Positions 1 through 15,500 of a stretch of 64,000 nt of DNA are shown in pieces. The notes under the pieces were generated by a model. That model did no database searches. It was not told the DNA's origin and saw only the letters and a list, made by a program, of their open reading frames with translations. The translations under genes and the position numbers were made by a program. Position 1 is the stretch's first letter. Every line of letters begins with the position of its first letter. The DNA comes from the human T2T-CHM13v2.0 reference genome, Homo sapiens, in NCBI RefSeq assembly GCF_009914755.1, contig NC_060925.1, one strand, 5' to 3'.

Positions 1-3000
1 TCCATTCGATAATGATTCTGCTCGAGTCCTTTGGATGATTTGATTTGAGTCCATTTGATTATTCCATTAGATTCCATTCGATGATGATTCTATTAGATGG
101 CTTTCAATGATTCAACGATGATTCCATTCGTGTCTATTCGATGATTCCATTCAATTCCATTTGATGATGATTCCATTCGAATCCCTTTGATGATTCCACT
201 CGATTCCATTTGATGATGACTCTATTCGAATCCATTTGATGATTCCACTTGATTCCATTAAATGTCTCCGTTCAATCCCATTCAATGATTCCCTTCGATT
301 CCATTAGATGATCATTCCATTTGATTCAATTCAGTGATTCCATTCGATTCCATTTAATGATGATTCCATTTGAGTCCATTCGATGATTCCTTTCAATTCC
401 ATTCATTGGTTATTCCATTCATATCCATTTGATGATTCCTTTCGACTCCCTTCGATGATTCTGTTCGATCCCATTCGATGATTCTCTTTGATTCCATTCG
501 ATTATCATTCCATTCTATTCAATTCGGTGATTCCATTCGATTCCATTCAATGATGATTCCATTCAATTCGATTCGATTATGATTGCATTCAATTGCATTC
601 GATGATGACTACGTTTGGTTCCATTTGATGATGATTCATTCGGTTCCATTCGATGATGATTCCATTTGGTTCCATTCGATGATTCCATTCGATTACATTT
701 GTTGAGAATCCCATTCGATTCCACTAAGTGATGATTCCATTCAATTTCATTCAATAATGATTCCGTTTGATTCCATTTGATGACGATTCCATTTGATATC
801 ATTCGATGATTCTATTTGATTCCATTCGATGATGATTCCATTCTATTCCATTCGATGACTCCATTTGATTCCATTTGATGATGATTCTTTTCAATTGCAT
901 TTGATGATGATTTTATTCGATTCTATTCGATGATGATTCCATTCGAGTCTTTTCAGTGATTCCATTCGATTCAATTCTATGATGATTCCATTCAAGTCCA
1001 TTCGATGATTCCGTTTGATTTCATTCGATGATGATTCCATTTATTCCATTCGATGATTCCATTCTATTCCATTTGATGGTTATTCCATTTGAGTCGAATC
1101 GATGATTCCATTCGAGTCCATTGAATGATTCTATTGGGTTCAATTTGATAATGATTACATTTTATTCCATTCAATGATTCCATTTGTTTCCATTCATTGA
1201 TGGTTCCATTCGATTCCTTGCAGTGATGATTCCTTTCGATTTATTTCATTGATGATTCTCTTCGGTTCCATTTGATGATGATTCCATTTGATTCCATTTG
1301 ATGATGATTTCATTCGATTCCATTCAATGATGATTCCATTCCATTTCATTCGATGATTCTATTCGATTCCATTCGATGATGATTCCTTTTGATTCCATTT
1401 GATGATGAATCCATTCGATTGCACTCAATGATGATTCCATTTGAGTCCATTCGAAGATTCCATTCGGTTCCATTCGATGATGGATCCATTGGTGTCCATT
1501 CAGTGATTACATTCAATTCCATTGGATGATGATTCTATTCAATTTCATTCGATGATGATTCTAATCGTTTCCATTCAATGATGATTCCATTCTGTTGCAT
1601 TTGATTATTCTATTTGATGCCATTCGAAGATGAATCCATTCTATTCCATTCGATGATTCCATTCGATTCCATTCGATGATGTTTCTATTCGATCACATTT
1701 GATGATGAATCCATTCGATGATGATCCTATTCGATTACATTTGATGATGAATCCATTCGAATCCATTCAATGATGATTCCATTTATGTCCCTTCGATGTT
1801 TCCATTTGATTCCATTCAACGACAATTCCTTTCAAGTCCATTAGATCATTCCATTCGATTCCATTCAATGATGATTCCATTTGATGTCGTTTGATGATTC
1901 CATTTGATTTCATTCTATGATGATTCCATTCTAATCCATTTGATGATTCCATTGCATTCCATTCGATGATGATTCCATTTGAGTCCATTTGATGATTCCA
2001 TTCGATTCCATTCGATGATGATTCCATTTGGGTCCATTAGATGATTCCATTTGATTCCATTTGATGATGATTCCATTCGAGTCCATTCGATGATTCCATT
2101 CGATAGCATTCTCCGATTATTACATTTGAGTCCATTCGATGATTGCCCCCGATTCCACATGATGAAGATTCCATTCGATTCCATTTGATGATTCCATTCT
2201 ATTCCATTTAATGATGATTCCATTTGGGTACATTAGATGATTCCATTTGATTCCATTCGATGATGATTCTATTGGTGTCCATTACACGATTCCATTCGAT
2301 TCCATTTGATGATGATTCCATTCTATTCAATTTGATGATGATACCATTCGGTCCATTAGATGATTCCATTCGATTCCATTCGATGATGATTCCATTCTAT
2401 TCCATTCAAAGATGATTCCATTCGGGTCCATTAGATGATTCCATTCGATTCCATTCAATGACCATCCTGTTCTTTTCCATTCAATGATGATTCCATTCGG
2501 GTCCATTAGATTATTATTCCATTCGATTCCATTCGATCCTGATTCCATTCGTGTCCATTCGATGATTCCATTCTACTCCATTCGATGATGATTCCATTCA
2601 AGTCCATTCGACGATTCTATTAGAGTCCATTGAATGATTGCTTTTGATTCCATTCGATGATGATTCCATTCCATTCCATTCGGTGATGAATCCATTCGAT
2701 ACCGTTTTATGATTCCTTTCAATTCCATTTGATGTTGATTCCATTCTATTTCATTCGATGATTCTATTCGAATCCATTCAATTATGATTCCATTCGATTC
2801 CATTCGATGATTCCATTCGCTTCCATTCAATGATGATTCCATTTGATTCTATTCGATGATGATTCCTTTCGAGTCCATTCCTTGATGATGCCATTCAATT
2901 CCATTGCATGATGATGCCTTTCGATTCCATTCGATGATGACTCCATTCGGTTCCATTCGATGATGATCCCGATTGATTCCATTTGATGATAATTCCATTC

Positions 3001-3014
3001 TATTCCATTCAATG
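1..3014 (+). repeat. Human satellite II (HSat2/HSATII) array, diverged edge, CATTC strand on +
   Basis: Continuous CATTCGATTCCATTCGATGATGATTC-type 23-26 bp units with GAGTCC/GGGTCC variants; the array continues off the left end of the window. Confidence 0.95.
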
Positions 3015-3301
3015 ATGATTCCATTCCATTCCACTACATTCCATTACATCCGATTCCATTCCACTCCATTCCACTCCTCTCCTCTTCACTCCACTCCACT
3101 CCATTCCATTGTATTTCATTCCATTCTATTCCACTGCTTTCCATTCCATTCCTTTCTTTCAAGAGTGTCTCACTCTGTCACCCTTCCTGTAGCACAATGG
3201 CACAATCTCATCTCCCATTCCATTCCATTCCTCTCCATTCAATTCCATTCGATTCCATTCCATTCCATTCTATTCCATTCCATTCCATTCCATTCCATTC
3301 G
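3015..3301 (+). repeat. HSat3-like (CATTC)n/(CACTC)n terminal block with embedded Alu-derived fragment
   Basis: Abrupt switch to pure pentamers CATTC/CACTC. 3152-3210 (CTTTCTTTCAAGAGTGTCTCACTCTGTCACCC...CAATGGCACAATCTCA) resembles an antisense Alu 3' arm. Confidence 0.85.
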
Positions 3302-3449
3302 AAAAAGAAAAAGAGTTGCAAAGTCATACTCACTTTTCTGCTCTTGTCAGACAATTAAGGGTTCTTTGAATACTTCAGCCCTAATAATTTTCTTTTTATC
3401 ATACATATTGCAGTGCTTATCTAATTTTAAATATATTTTTGTTTCAAAA

Positions 3450-4500
3450 CCCAGTTTCCTATTTGTTCTATCTGTATGTTTGCAATATGTTTTACTCTCT
3501 GTTCATTCTTTGATTTCAGAACTTCAATCTTTCTGAAGCATATTTTCAGAGTTTCTTTGTAGTTTCTTTAGTGGAATTCTGCTGGTGGCATTTTGTTTTT
3601 TATCTCTAAATATGTTATTTAGCCATAGGTTGATGAATATTTTTATTCGTTTAGAAATTCAGAATGGCATTATTATTCTTAACAAATAATATTGTTTATT
3701 TTACCTTTCATTTTTTTCAGATTTCAATATGATTAAAAGTAATTTCATTTTTCAAGTGCTAATTGAAATATTTTTCCCTTCCTCGTTGTTTACTATTTCT
3801 CTAGGAGATACATAGATGTAGGTTTATCTCCATTGTAACTTGCTTAGCAAGCATGGAATTTTTGAATATGCAGATTAGCGTCTTACAAAAGTCTAGGGAA
3901 ATTTCAGCCAAAATACCAACACATATTGTCCCTTCGCAGTTCCCTTCTTCTATGAGAACACTCTCTTAACACATGCTACACTTTCTCACTGTATCTTCCA
4001 TGTCTCTTCAGGATTCTGTCCACATTTTACATTTTTAAAAATTTTCTGTAATGCATTCTGAAATATTTGTGAACTCTCACCTTGGCCATGTCTAATCCGA
4101 TGAGTACATTTTTGAGATTTTAATTTAAAATAACTATACTTTTATACAAACTACTTTTCAAATTTGCTACATCAATTTATTAGTCTCCTAACAATATATT
4201 CATTTATTTAAAAATTTTTGAATGCAAATGTGCTTTATAATTTAACAATGATATTTCTACTAATAAACCTTTGTGGATCTGTTTGTACTCTTTTTCTGCT
4301 TTCCTTTCAAATGGTGGAATATCATTTCCTTGCATACTTAGATGCCTTTGAATGACAAATATTTATTTTTCTCTGAAAATTATTTGTGTGCGCTTTTGCA
4401 GATTAGTAAATAGAAAATTTGCCAAAGAGAATTTGAATTTTTTTGTGATTCTACTAAAGGCACCACCATTCTGGGACCACATTATGTTAATTCTTGGCCT
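3450..4500 (-). mobile_element. Ancient L1M-type LINE remnant
   Basis: T-rich degenerate sequence resembling the antisense L1M 5'/ORF1 region; boundaries approximate. Confidence 0.45.
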
Positions 4501-6569
4501 AACGCTGTTCGGACATATATTTGGACTGCACATTTAAACAATTTTTAAATTAGTTGCTGTAAATCATTAACAATTGAGTTTCTTTAAATCTGTCCTACCT
4601 CAAGTCATTTTTATTTGCCATTTCCCGGGAATGTGAAATGGGACTAATTTACCTCTGATTCTTCTTTATACTGAGGATAGAAATGTTGGTCCTAGCTTCA
4701 GGGAGGAGCTCCTGTGTGATGCCCTATCTTGGGAAACACTATGTATTTCTTTTCTGTCCTATGTTATGTATGACAGTAGGAATCTGCAGTCATGCATTTT
4801 GCTACATGTCTGTAGGGCAAAATCAGTTTCGGTGTTTAGTTATATTTTGTCTGCTCCCTGCATTCCCATGGTTTTGATCTTATATTTTACTTTTATTTGT
4901 GAACATACCAGTGCTTCAAATTTTTTCCAGTAATATATTCAACTATATTATGAGAAAGAGAAAAAATTTGATAAAACACAAATTTCATGTTTTCCTTCTC
5001 TAATTGGCTTTTACTTAAAAATACAGGTAAAATTCCTTTGTGCTTTTTTGCTATTTCTGTTTTGCTATTCTGTGTTTTTCTATGTCTTCTCCACATAGAC
5101 ACAATTAGGGAATTTTGTACACTCTTGTGCCAACTGCTTTGATAGGAACAAAAAGTATTTCTCGAACTCCTAGGTATAAAACTCAAGTATCCACAATTTA
5201 AATTCTTTTTTGCTCACTTCTATTATGTTTCCAGTCTCAATAGAAATCGATGCCAATCCAGAAACACAAGCATTATTCTAATACTTCTCACACATTACAG
5301 GTATAGATTAAATTTTCTAGATCTCCTTAAATACAATCATTTTTCACTACTTGTATCTTAACTGTTAAGTTCAGCATTTTCTATAATATTAATAAGTTGT
5401 GAAAATTTCCTTACTTTCTTATTTGTCCCAAGTTCAAGGTTTTGCAGTCTCTACCTCACCCTGTGAAGCATAAACATTGTAATATGCTGTACAAATATTA
5501 CATAGTTCATGTGCTTAGAGATTGCACAATTTTTATTTGGTTGACAATGGCTAATGTTTTCTTCTTCATTTTCTATTTCCTGATTTTTCTTTATTTAGTA
5601 TATGCTACATTATCATAAAAATAAGAACGTTTTACAAACTAAAACAAAAGCAACCCTAGGAAAAAAATGCACAAATAAAGTATATAAACATACATTTAGA
5701 TGTACCGTGTACACTTCTAATTTATTTAGACTTTTAATTGTAGTACAATTTTAATTAAATTCTGTGTATTATCTGTCATCGTCTTAGTATATTTTATATA
5801 ACAAATTGTGTAAATCAAAAAGCCTCAATGTCATTATAAACTATCTTGGCAGAGGTTGAAGTCCAAGGAATAATTTCTCTACCAAATTATGTCAATCAGA
5901 ATTTCAATCTACCAGAATTATTTTAATCAGTTTCAGAGGAATCATAAATTTCAAAATTGTACAAGGTAGTCGTTGTAGTTCAAATACATTTAGACAGGTG
6001 TAAAACTGTAGACAGACTGATACAAACATATTCTAATTGACACAAAAGTATATGGGACCTATTTTAAAATCTAAACTTTAAAATATCCTGTCAACGTACA
6101 CATGTTCTCCTTGTGAAATAATTGCTTTTTCTTCTCTGGATAGAATAATTTAATCTTTAAACCTTCAATTCACTGTTAAAAACAAAATATTACATAAGGA
6201 TATGCTTATAAAAATAATTCACAACTAGCTTTTCAATTCAGAAATATATGAGAAAAATCATCAAGCATCTAATGGATTTCAAGGAGAAATGGGTTAGTAA
6301 TTTATTCCATATATCTCAATTTTTCCTAGATTCAAGGCTTCCTTTAAAACAATTGTAGGCATTTAAGAAACCATGTCTACTTAAAAGAAGAAATTGTGAC
6401 ACTGCCGCTTAGGTTTTTAAAATCTTTGGACATGAATTAATATATTTTTTAATTTTATCTTAATTAGACATTGTAAGTTCACCCTCTTCCTGTCAGTATG
6501 GCATCCAAGCTGATTAACATAGATTACAAGTTCAACTATCAACTGTGTTCTGAGACTCTAAAAAAATAA

Positions 6570-6970
6570 ATGAACCTATTTGTTTGGGTATTCATAAAGC
6601 AGGAGTGAGGACACAGTGAAAGTGAGACAAGGAAGAGAGAACAAAATAAAACAGGAAAGATAGAAAAACCAGTACCACACGTGTTAAGAGGCAAGCTCCT
6701 GTGTTAGATATCTGGGCTTAATTCTATGGGAAGCTATGCGGAATATGCCTCAGAATTACATCACTGAATCCAGGGAGATTCTTCTTAGTTACCCTCACCT
6801 ATTCTTCCCACTTCATGCCCAGTATCAAACTCCCGTGCTGCTAGAGAAAGTCCTCAGCTAAAAACAGCTGCAAATTCTGGAGATGAGACCCTGTAGAGTG
6901 TTAAGAATGGTTTTCTTCCAGAAGCTACAGGTAAGGAATAGGGGCTGGGCTATTAATACATCTGCTACAA
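6570..6970. mobile_element. Old ERVL-type LTR remnant (LTR33/LTR41-like)
   Basis: GAAAGTGAGACAAGGAAG...ATCTGGGCTTAATTC...GCCTCAGAATTA motif order resembles old ERVL LTRs; paralog at about 37470-37870. Confidence 0.35.
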
Positions 6971-9143
6971 ATCAATATACCCCTTATGCTCCTTTTGGTG
7001 ATCGACAATGTATTTAAACATATTAGATGATCAAGAAGGGCTGCAGAAAGGAGGAAACAGAAAGAAACAGCACACCTCTTGGTTTATTTTTATTCATTTC
7101 ATCAGTTTCAAGGAAAATGTGTTGGGAGTTCCTGGCATAGAGAATGTCACAAAGATATGTTTTCAATAGTGGTGCTATCCCTAGGGCAGAGAAGATCCAG
7201 AGAAAGCCCAAGTGGCTGCTGGAACAAAGTCAGACACCGTGCCACCTGTCCACACTCCTTGGCTCTGCCATCATGCTGAAGATTGGTTTAAAGGGCTGCC
7301 TTCCCTCCCCACAAAATGAAAAGAGAACAAACTGAGAAACTGAATGTGGGAGACAGCAGTGGATTATGCTGTTCTCAGGGGTCACCTCAGGTTTGGAAGC
7401 ATTCTTTCAAATTAACCCATCTCAGGCCATCTGCAGAAAAGAAAGGTGGTACCTAACTTTTTTTCTTGTCAGCACTTGGTAGGGGTGTTTAATTGACCAA
7501 ATATGTTCCCACAACCTAGTTTTTTGTAACTAACTAAATATAGTAGATTTTTAATTTTTATCATCAAAATCTATAGACAATTTTTTATTAAAATAGGCTG
7601 CACATCTATGTCCTGCTTTTCTTCTTATTAATTACATTGCTGTATAAAAGAACAAGACTTCAGAATCAAGAATATCGTGTCTCTTGGCATTGAATTTATA
7701 CAAGGTGCTCTTTCTTTAATGCTGTCTCAAAGGACATATTTTAACTGATTAAAAAGGAAGATCCGAATCTAGTCATATGCAGTGCTCCAACATATTAATA
7801 ATTAAAATTAGGATGTAAATGTGGTCAAAGCTATAGAAACACTTGAGATGACATTTATATTGATTACTGTATAGCACTCTACAAACAGAAATTGTGAAAT
7901 AATAGTTTATGTAAATATTTTGTAGATTTCAAATATTGGAGTGCCTGAAGTTTCTCCTCTTATATAGTTCAGATTATCAATTTAAAGACTTACTCCACTG
8001 GTTAAAAAGTTTTTAGTCTCGTTTGAGTATTATATAAAAGCAATTTTCAGTTAAATGTGTTCCGCTTATGTAAAACATTAGAAATTAGTGAGTATTTAAT
8101 TACATTTTCGTGTTCCTGTAATGCTTTTAGAAGATTTTCATATTATTAAGTAACAATATATGTATGCTTTGTCTAAGAAAAATCTATCATATACATCATT
8201 GAAATTGAAAATTCCAAAAGTACTTATTAATTCTATTGAAAAACCACATCCATAGGAGCAATTACAATATAATATTGTGAACATGTAAATATATATCATA
8301 TGTCTATTTTATATATAAGCATATGTGATTAAAAATATAGTGAAGAATTTTTAAACCTAGTATTATAAAGTAAAAATTAGTTAAACTTCTGATGATTATT
8401 TGTTAATTAAGATAAAATTATTTGAATTGGGTGATTTTAAATGAACAAAATTATTAAATTACATGACAAAAATTCTTTATAAAATGTTTACAATTTTTAC
8501 ATTGGTTTTATCACTTTATTCCACTATTTTATTTTAAGATGACCTGCCTTGTTTATAACACTGTATTCGTTTTAATTAAATTAAATTCCATTTGTAAAAA
8601 AATTAACGAATGATTTGCTCTATTATACAGTGCGGTTATAAACTGAGTCAGTATCTCATGATTTCATCCCCATTAACGCCATCCGTGGCCCTATATGTTT
8701 GATAAATGTAGTGTCTTTTTCCATGCCTGTCACATCTCTATTGCTCATTTATTTTTCTCCTTGTCCCTTATAGGGAGCATTGCCTATCTCTAGATTAAGC
8801 AAAAGTTGCATCTTAAAAAAACGCAATAACCTGTTCAAACTTTCTCACACAGAGAAATGTTTGTTAAGTAATTAAAGTGTAGATGATACAAAGAGCTTGA
8901 TTAAATAAGATGCCAAAGTACCCTTGTGATTCAGAATATGAATGGTATTTAATGCCTTTGAAATTAATAATTGCTGAGTAACATTAATTAATGCCAATAT
9001 TTCAGAAGTTGTTCTGGTTAGTGAAATGTGTACAACATGTAAAAATTTCCGAACTCTGAAGGGCAACATTATTCTATAATTAAGAATTAAGAATTAATTC
9101 ACATTAATTATTGGGGAGAAATAATTTTAAGAATTAATGACTG

Positions 9144-10887
9144 CCCTCTCCCTCTCCCTCTGCCTCTCCCTCTCCCTCTCCCTCTCCCCACGGTCTCCCT
9201 CTCTTTCCAAGGGCTCCCTCTCATGCGGAGCCGAAGCTGTACTGTACTGCTGCCATCTCGGCTCACTGCAACCTCCCTGCCTGATTCTCCTGACTCAGCC
9301 TGCCGAGTGCCGGCAATTGCAGGCAAACGCCGCCACGCATGACTGGTTTTGGTGGAGACGGGGTGTCGCTGTGTTGGCCGGGCCGGTCTCCAGCCCCTAA
9401 CCGCGAGTGATCCACCAGCCTTGGCCTCCCGAGGTGCCGGGATTGCAGACGGAGTCTCGTTCACTCAGTGCTCAATGGTGCCCAGGCTGGAGTGCAGTGG
9501 CGTGATCTCAGCTCGCTACAACCTACACTTCCCAGCCGCCTGCCTTGGCCTCCCAAAGTGCCGAGATTGCAGCCTCTGCCCGGCCGCCACCCCATCTGGG
9601 AAGTGAGGAGTGTCTCTGCCTGGCCGCCCATCATCTGGGATGTGAGGAGCCCCTCTGCCTCCTGCCCAGTCTGGAAAGTGAGGAGCATCTCCACCCGGCC
9701 GCCATTCCATCTAGGAAGTTAGGAGCGCCTCTTCCCGGCCGCCATCACATCTAGGAAGTGAGGAGAGTCTCTGCCCAGCCGCCCATCGTCTGAGATGTGG
9801 GGAGCGCCTCTGCCCTGCCGCCCCATCTGGGATGTGAGGAGCGCCTCTGCCAGGCCGCGACCCAGTCTGGGAGGTGAGGAGCGTCTCTGCCCGGCTGCCC
9901 CATCTGAGAAGTGAGGAGACCCTCTGCCTGGCAACCACCCCATCTGAGAAGTGAGGAGCCCCTCCGCCCGGCAGCTGCCCTGTCTGAGAAGTGAGGAGCC
10001 TCTCCGACCCGCAGCCACCCCATCTGGGAAGTGAGGATCGTCTCTGCCCGGCAGCCGCCCCATCCGGGAGGGAGTTGGGGGGGTCAGACCCCGCCCAGCC
10101 AGCCACCCCGTCTGGGAGGGAGGTGGGAGGGTCAGCCCCCCGCCCGGCCAGCCGCCTCGTCCAGGAGGTGAGGGGCGCCTCTGCCCAGCCGCCCCTACTG
10201 GGAAGTGAGGAGCCCCTCTGCCCGGCCAGCCGCCCCGTCCAGGAGGGAGGTTGGGGGGTCAGTCCACCGCCCCGCCAGCCGCCCCTACTGGGAAGTGAGG
10301 AGCCCCTCTGCCCGGCCACCACCTCATCTGTGAGGTGTGCCCAACAGCTCATTGAGAAAGGGCCAGGATGACAATGGCGGCTTTGTGGAATAGAAAGGGG
10401 GGAAAGGTGGGGAAAAGATTGAGAAATCGGATGGTTGCCGTGTCTGTGTAGAAAGAAGTAGACATGGGAGACTTTTCATTTTGTTCTGCACTAAGAAAAA
10501 TTCTTCTGCCTTGGGATCCTGTTGATCTGAGACCTTACCTCCAACCCTGTGCTCTCTGAAACATGTGCTGTGTCCACTCAGGGTTAAATGGATTAAGGGC
10601 GGTCCAAGATGTGCTTTGTTAAACAGATGCTTGAACGCAGCATGCTCGTTAAGAGTCATCACCACTCCCTAATCTCAAGTAATCAGGGACACAAACACTG
10701 CGGAAGCCCGCAGGGTCCTATGCCTAGGAAAACCAGAGACCTTTGTTCACTTGTTTATCTGCTGACCTTCCCTCCACTATTGTCCATGACCCTGCCAAAT
10801 CCCCCTCTGTGAGAAACACCCAAGAATTATCAATAAAAAAATAAATTAAAAAAAATAAAAAAAAATAAAACAAATAAATAAAAAAAG
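9144..10887 (+). mobile_element. Full-length SVA retrotransposon, SVA_F-like
   Basis: (CCCTCT)n hexamer from 9144, Alu-like domain, GC-rich VNTR about 9590-10330, SINE-R, AATAAA and A-tail. TSD AATGACTG at 9136-9143 and 10888-10895. The empty site is visible in the paralog (about 35290-35315). CTCATGCGGAGCCG, GGTTTTGGTGGAG and AAGAATTATCAATAAA match my recollection of the SVA_F consensus. Confidence 0.96.
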
Positions 10888-11399
10888 AATGACTGAGAAA
10901 ACGTTTTTATTTTTTATTTAGAAAATTATTTTGTGCATGAGCATTACTGCCAGTTTTGCAAGAAACATAAATTTATAGAAACAATTATGTGCACAAGATG
11001 AATTTAATAACATCTTGATAAATCTTGTAGGTAAGGGTAAATATAAGGATGCATCCAATTACATTTACACACACATACAATTACATTTACACAAACATAC
11101 ATGCTCACACGCTCACTGATACAGGTATGCATATATATACATGAAATTACCAAATGATTTTAACTCATATTTATAAGAGCCTGTAGGATTGATATATATT
11201 GTTGAACCTGAAAAATATTTATTAAATACATGTTTAAAATACACAAAGATATAAATAGTAATTGCACTAGGCATTTGAAACTGTACTTAAATATAAGCTG
11301 TGATCATTACAAATTCTTACACTGAATAAATATTTTTATTTTTATAATAATATGTTTGATACATGTGTACATTTTTTTAAATGTATTATTTTTGTCATA

Positions 11400-11741
11400 G
11401 AGTCATGCCATGCATAATAATATTTCAGTCAGAGATGGAATACATATACAAAAGTGGTCCCATGAGATTATAATACATATTTTTACAAACTTTTCTATGT
11501 TTAAGTATGTTTACATACATAAACTCTTACCACTGTGTTCTTATTGCCTGCAGTATTCAGTAGGGTAATGTAGTACACAGGTTTGTAGCCTAGGAGAGAG
11601 AGGTTATGCCATATAACCTAAACGTGGTAGGCTGTACAAACTAGGTGTTTGTAATATTCTCTCTGACGTTTGCAAAATGATGAAATTGCCTATGGATGCA
11701 TCTGTTAGAACGTATCCCTGTCATTCAGTGATGCGTGACTG
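11400..11741. mobile_element. Tigger3a-like (Golem) non-autonomous DNA transposon
   Basis: Termini (C/G)AGTCATG...CGTGACTG, internal AGAACGTATCCC motif, TA flank; paralog at about 34367-34710. Confidence 0.75.
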
Positions 11742-12369
11742 TGCTAAAATGCTAAATCAAAGTTTCAATGACCTCCATAAAATTGTTGTACTGTGAAATA
11801 CAAATCTCTCACCTACGGCCTGAATATGTTTGCAAACTAAGCAGATCATGGGAAGGAGAATGTGCTGGCATCGCTGGGATGATTTTCTCACACTACATGA
11901 ATAATATGTCCAGAGTTTGCGAATATGAGCCACTTGCATAGAGTTAAAGGAAGCATCTCTTTGCTGGGAAATGTATCAAATGGGAGTATGAAGTGTTTTT
12001 AAAAGATACTTGTTTGTTTGTAGACGGTAGGCCTACAGTGGCTCATGGCAATGGTTGAGGTTGCTAAGATTTGGTGGAAGAAGGCAAAATGAAATGGCCA
12101 CTTATATGGTATATGGATCACTTGTTTCTGTTGAGTTACAGATTCAGCTGGCTATTTCTCCCAATGTTAGTTATTTGGAGAAAAGAAACATGATAGTAAT
12201 TTTGGGGTAACAAATACAATATTTGATGAAAGCAAATTTATTGAGGGTTTGACAAACTACAAGATAATTTAGGCTGCAAAGTCAACACGAGACTTCTGGC
12301 CCAAATTGTGCAGAGTTTGGGTCCAGCTGCAAAGTTCAAAGGCAGAGGCCATATAAGATGATTCGCACT

Positions 12370-12645
12370 TTTGTCACCAACTGCCAGTTCTGGGGTTTCC
12401 CCAGACCACCCTCAGTTTCAAGAATTTACTAAAAAGACTCACAGAACTCATTGAATGCCATTGTACTCATGGTTTATAATAGAGAAAGGGTAGAAATTAG
12501 GACCAATCAAAGGAAGAGACATATCACATAAGGTGGAATCTAGGAGGATTTTGAATGTTAAGTTTCCATTGTCTTCAGGACATATTACCTGTCATTGTTG
12601 TACAGCAATAAACATGGAGTACTAAAAACCTGGGGAGCTCACCTG
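12370..12645. mobile_element. MER21-like LTR fragment
   Basis: ACTCACAGAACTCA...TACTCATGGTTTAT...GGAAGAGACA motif order typical of MER21; paralog at about 33465-33740. Confidence 0.6.
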
Positions 12646-12649
12646 ATGC

Positions 12650-15500
<2,851 letters not shown>

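Noticed and set aside
3320-3365. Weak similarity to the reverse complement of about 41025-41070 (SLFCSCQ vs SLCSCQ)
   Set aside because: Too short and gapped to separate from chance; arm A homology clearly stops at 3851/40575.
563-3536. ORFs with MESSSNGIEWNH or FHSIP repeats
   Set aside because: Translations of HSat2/HSat3 units; not genes.
9108-10812. Many overlapping ORFs
   Set aside because: All lie within the SVA hexamer, Alu-like, VNTR and SINE-R domains.
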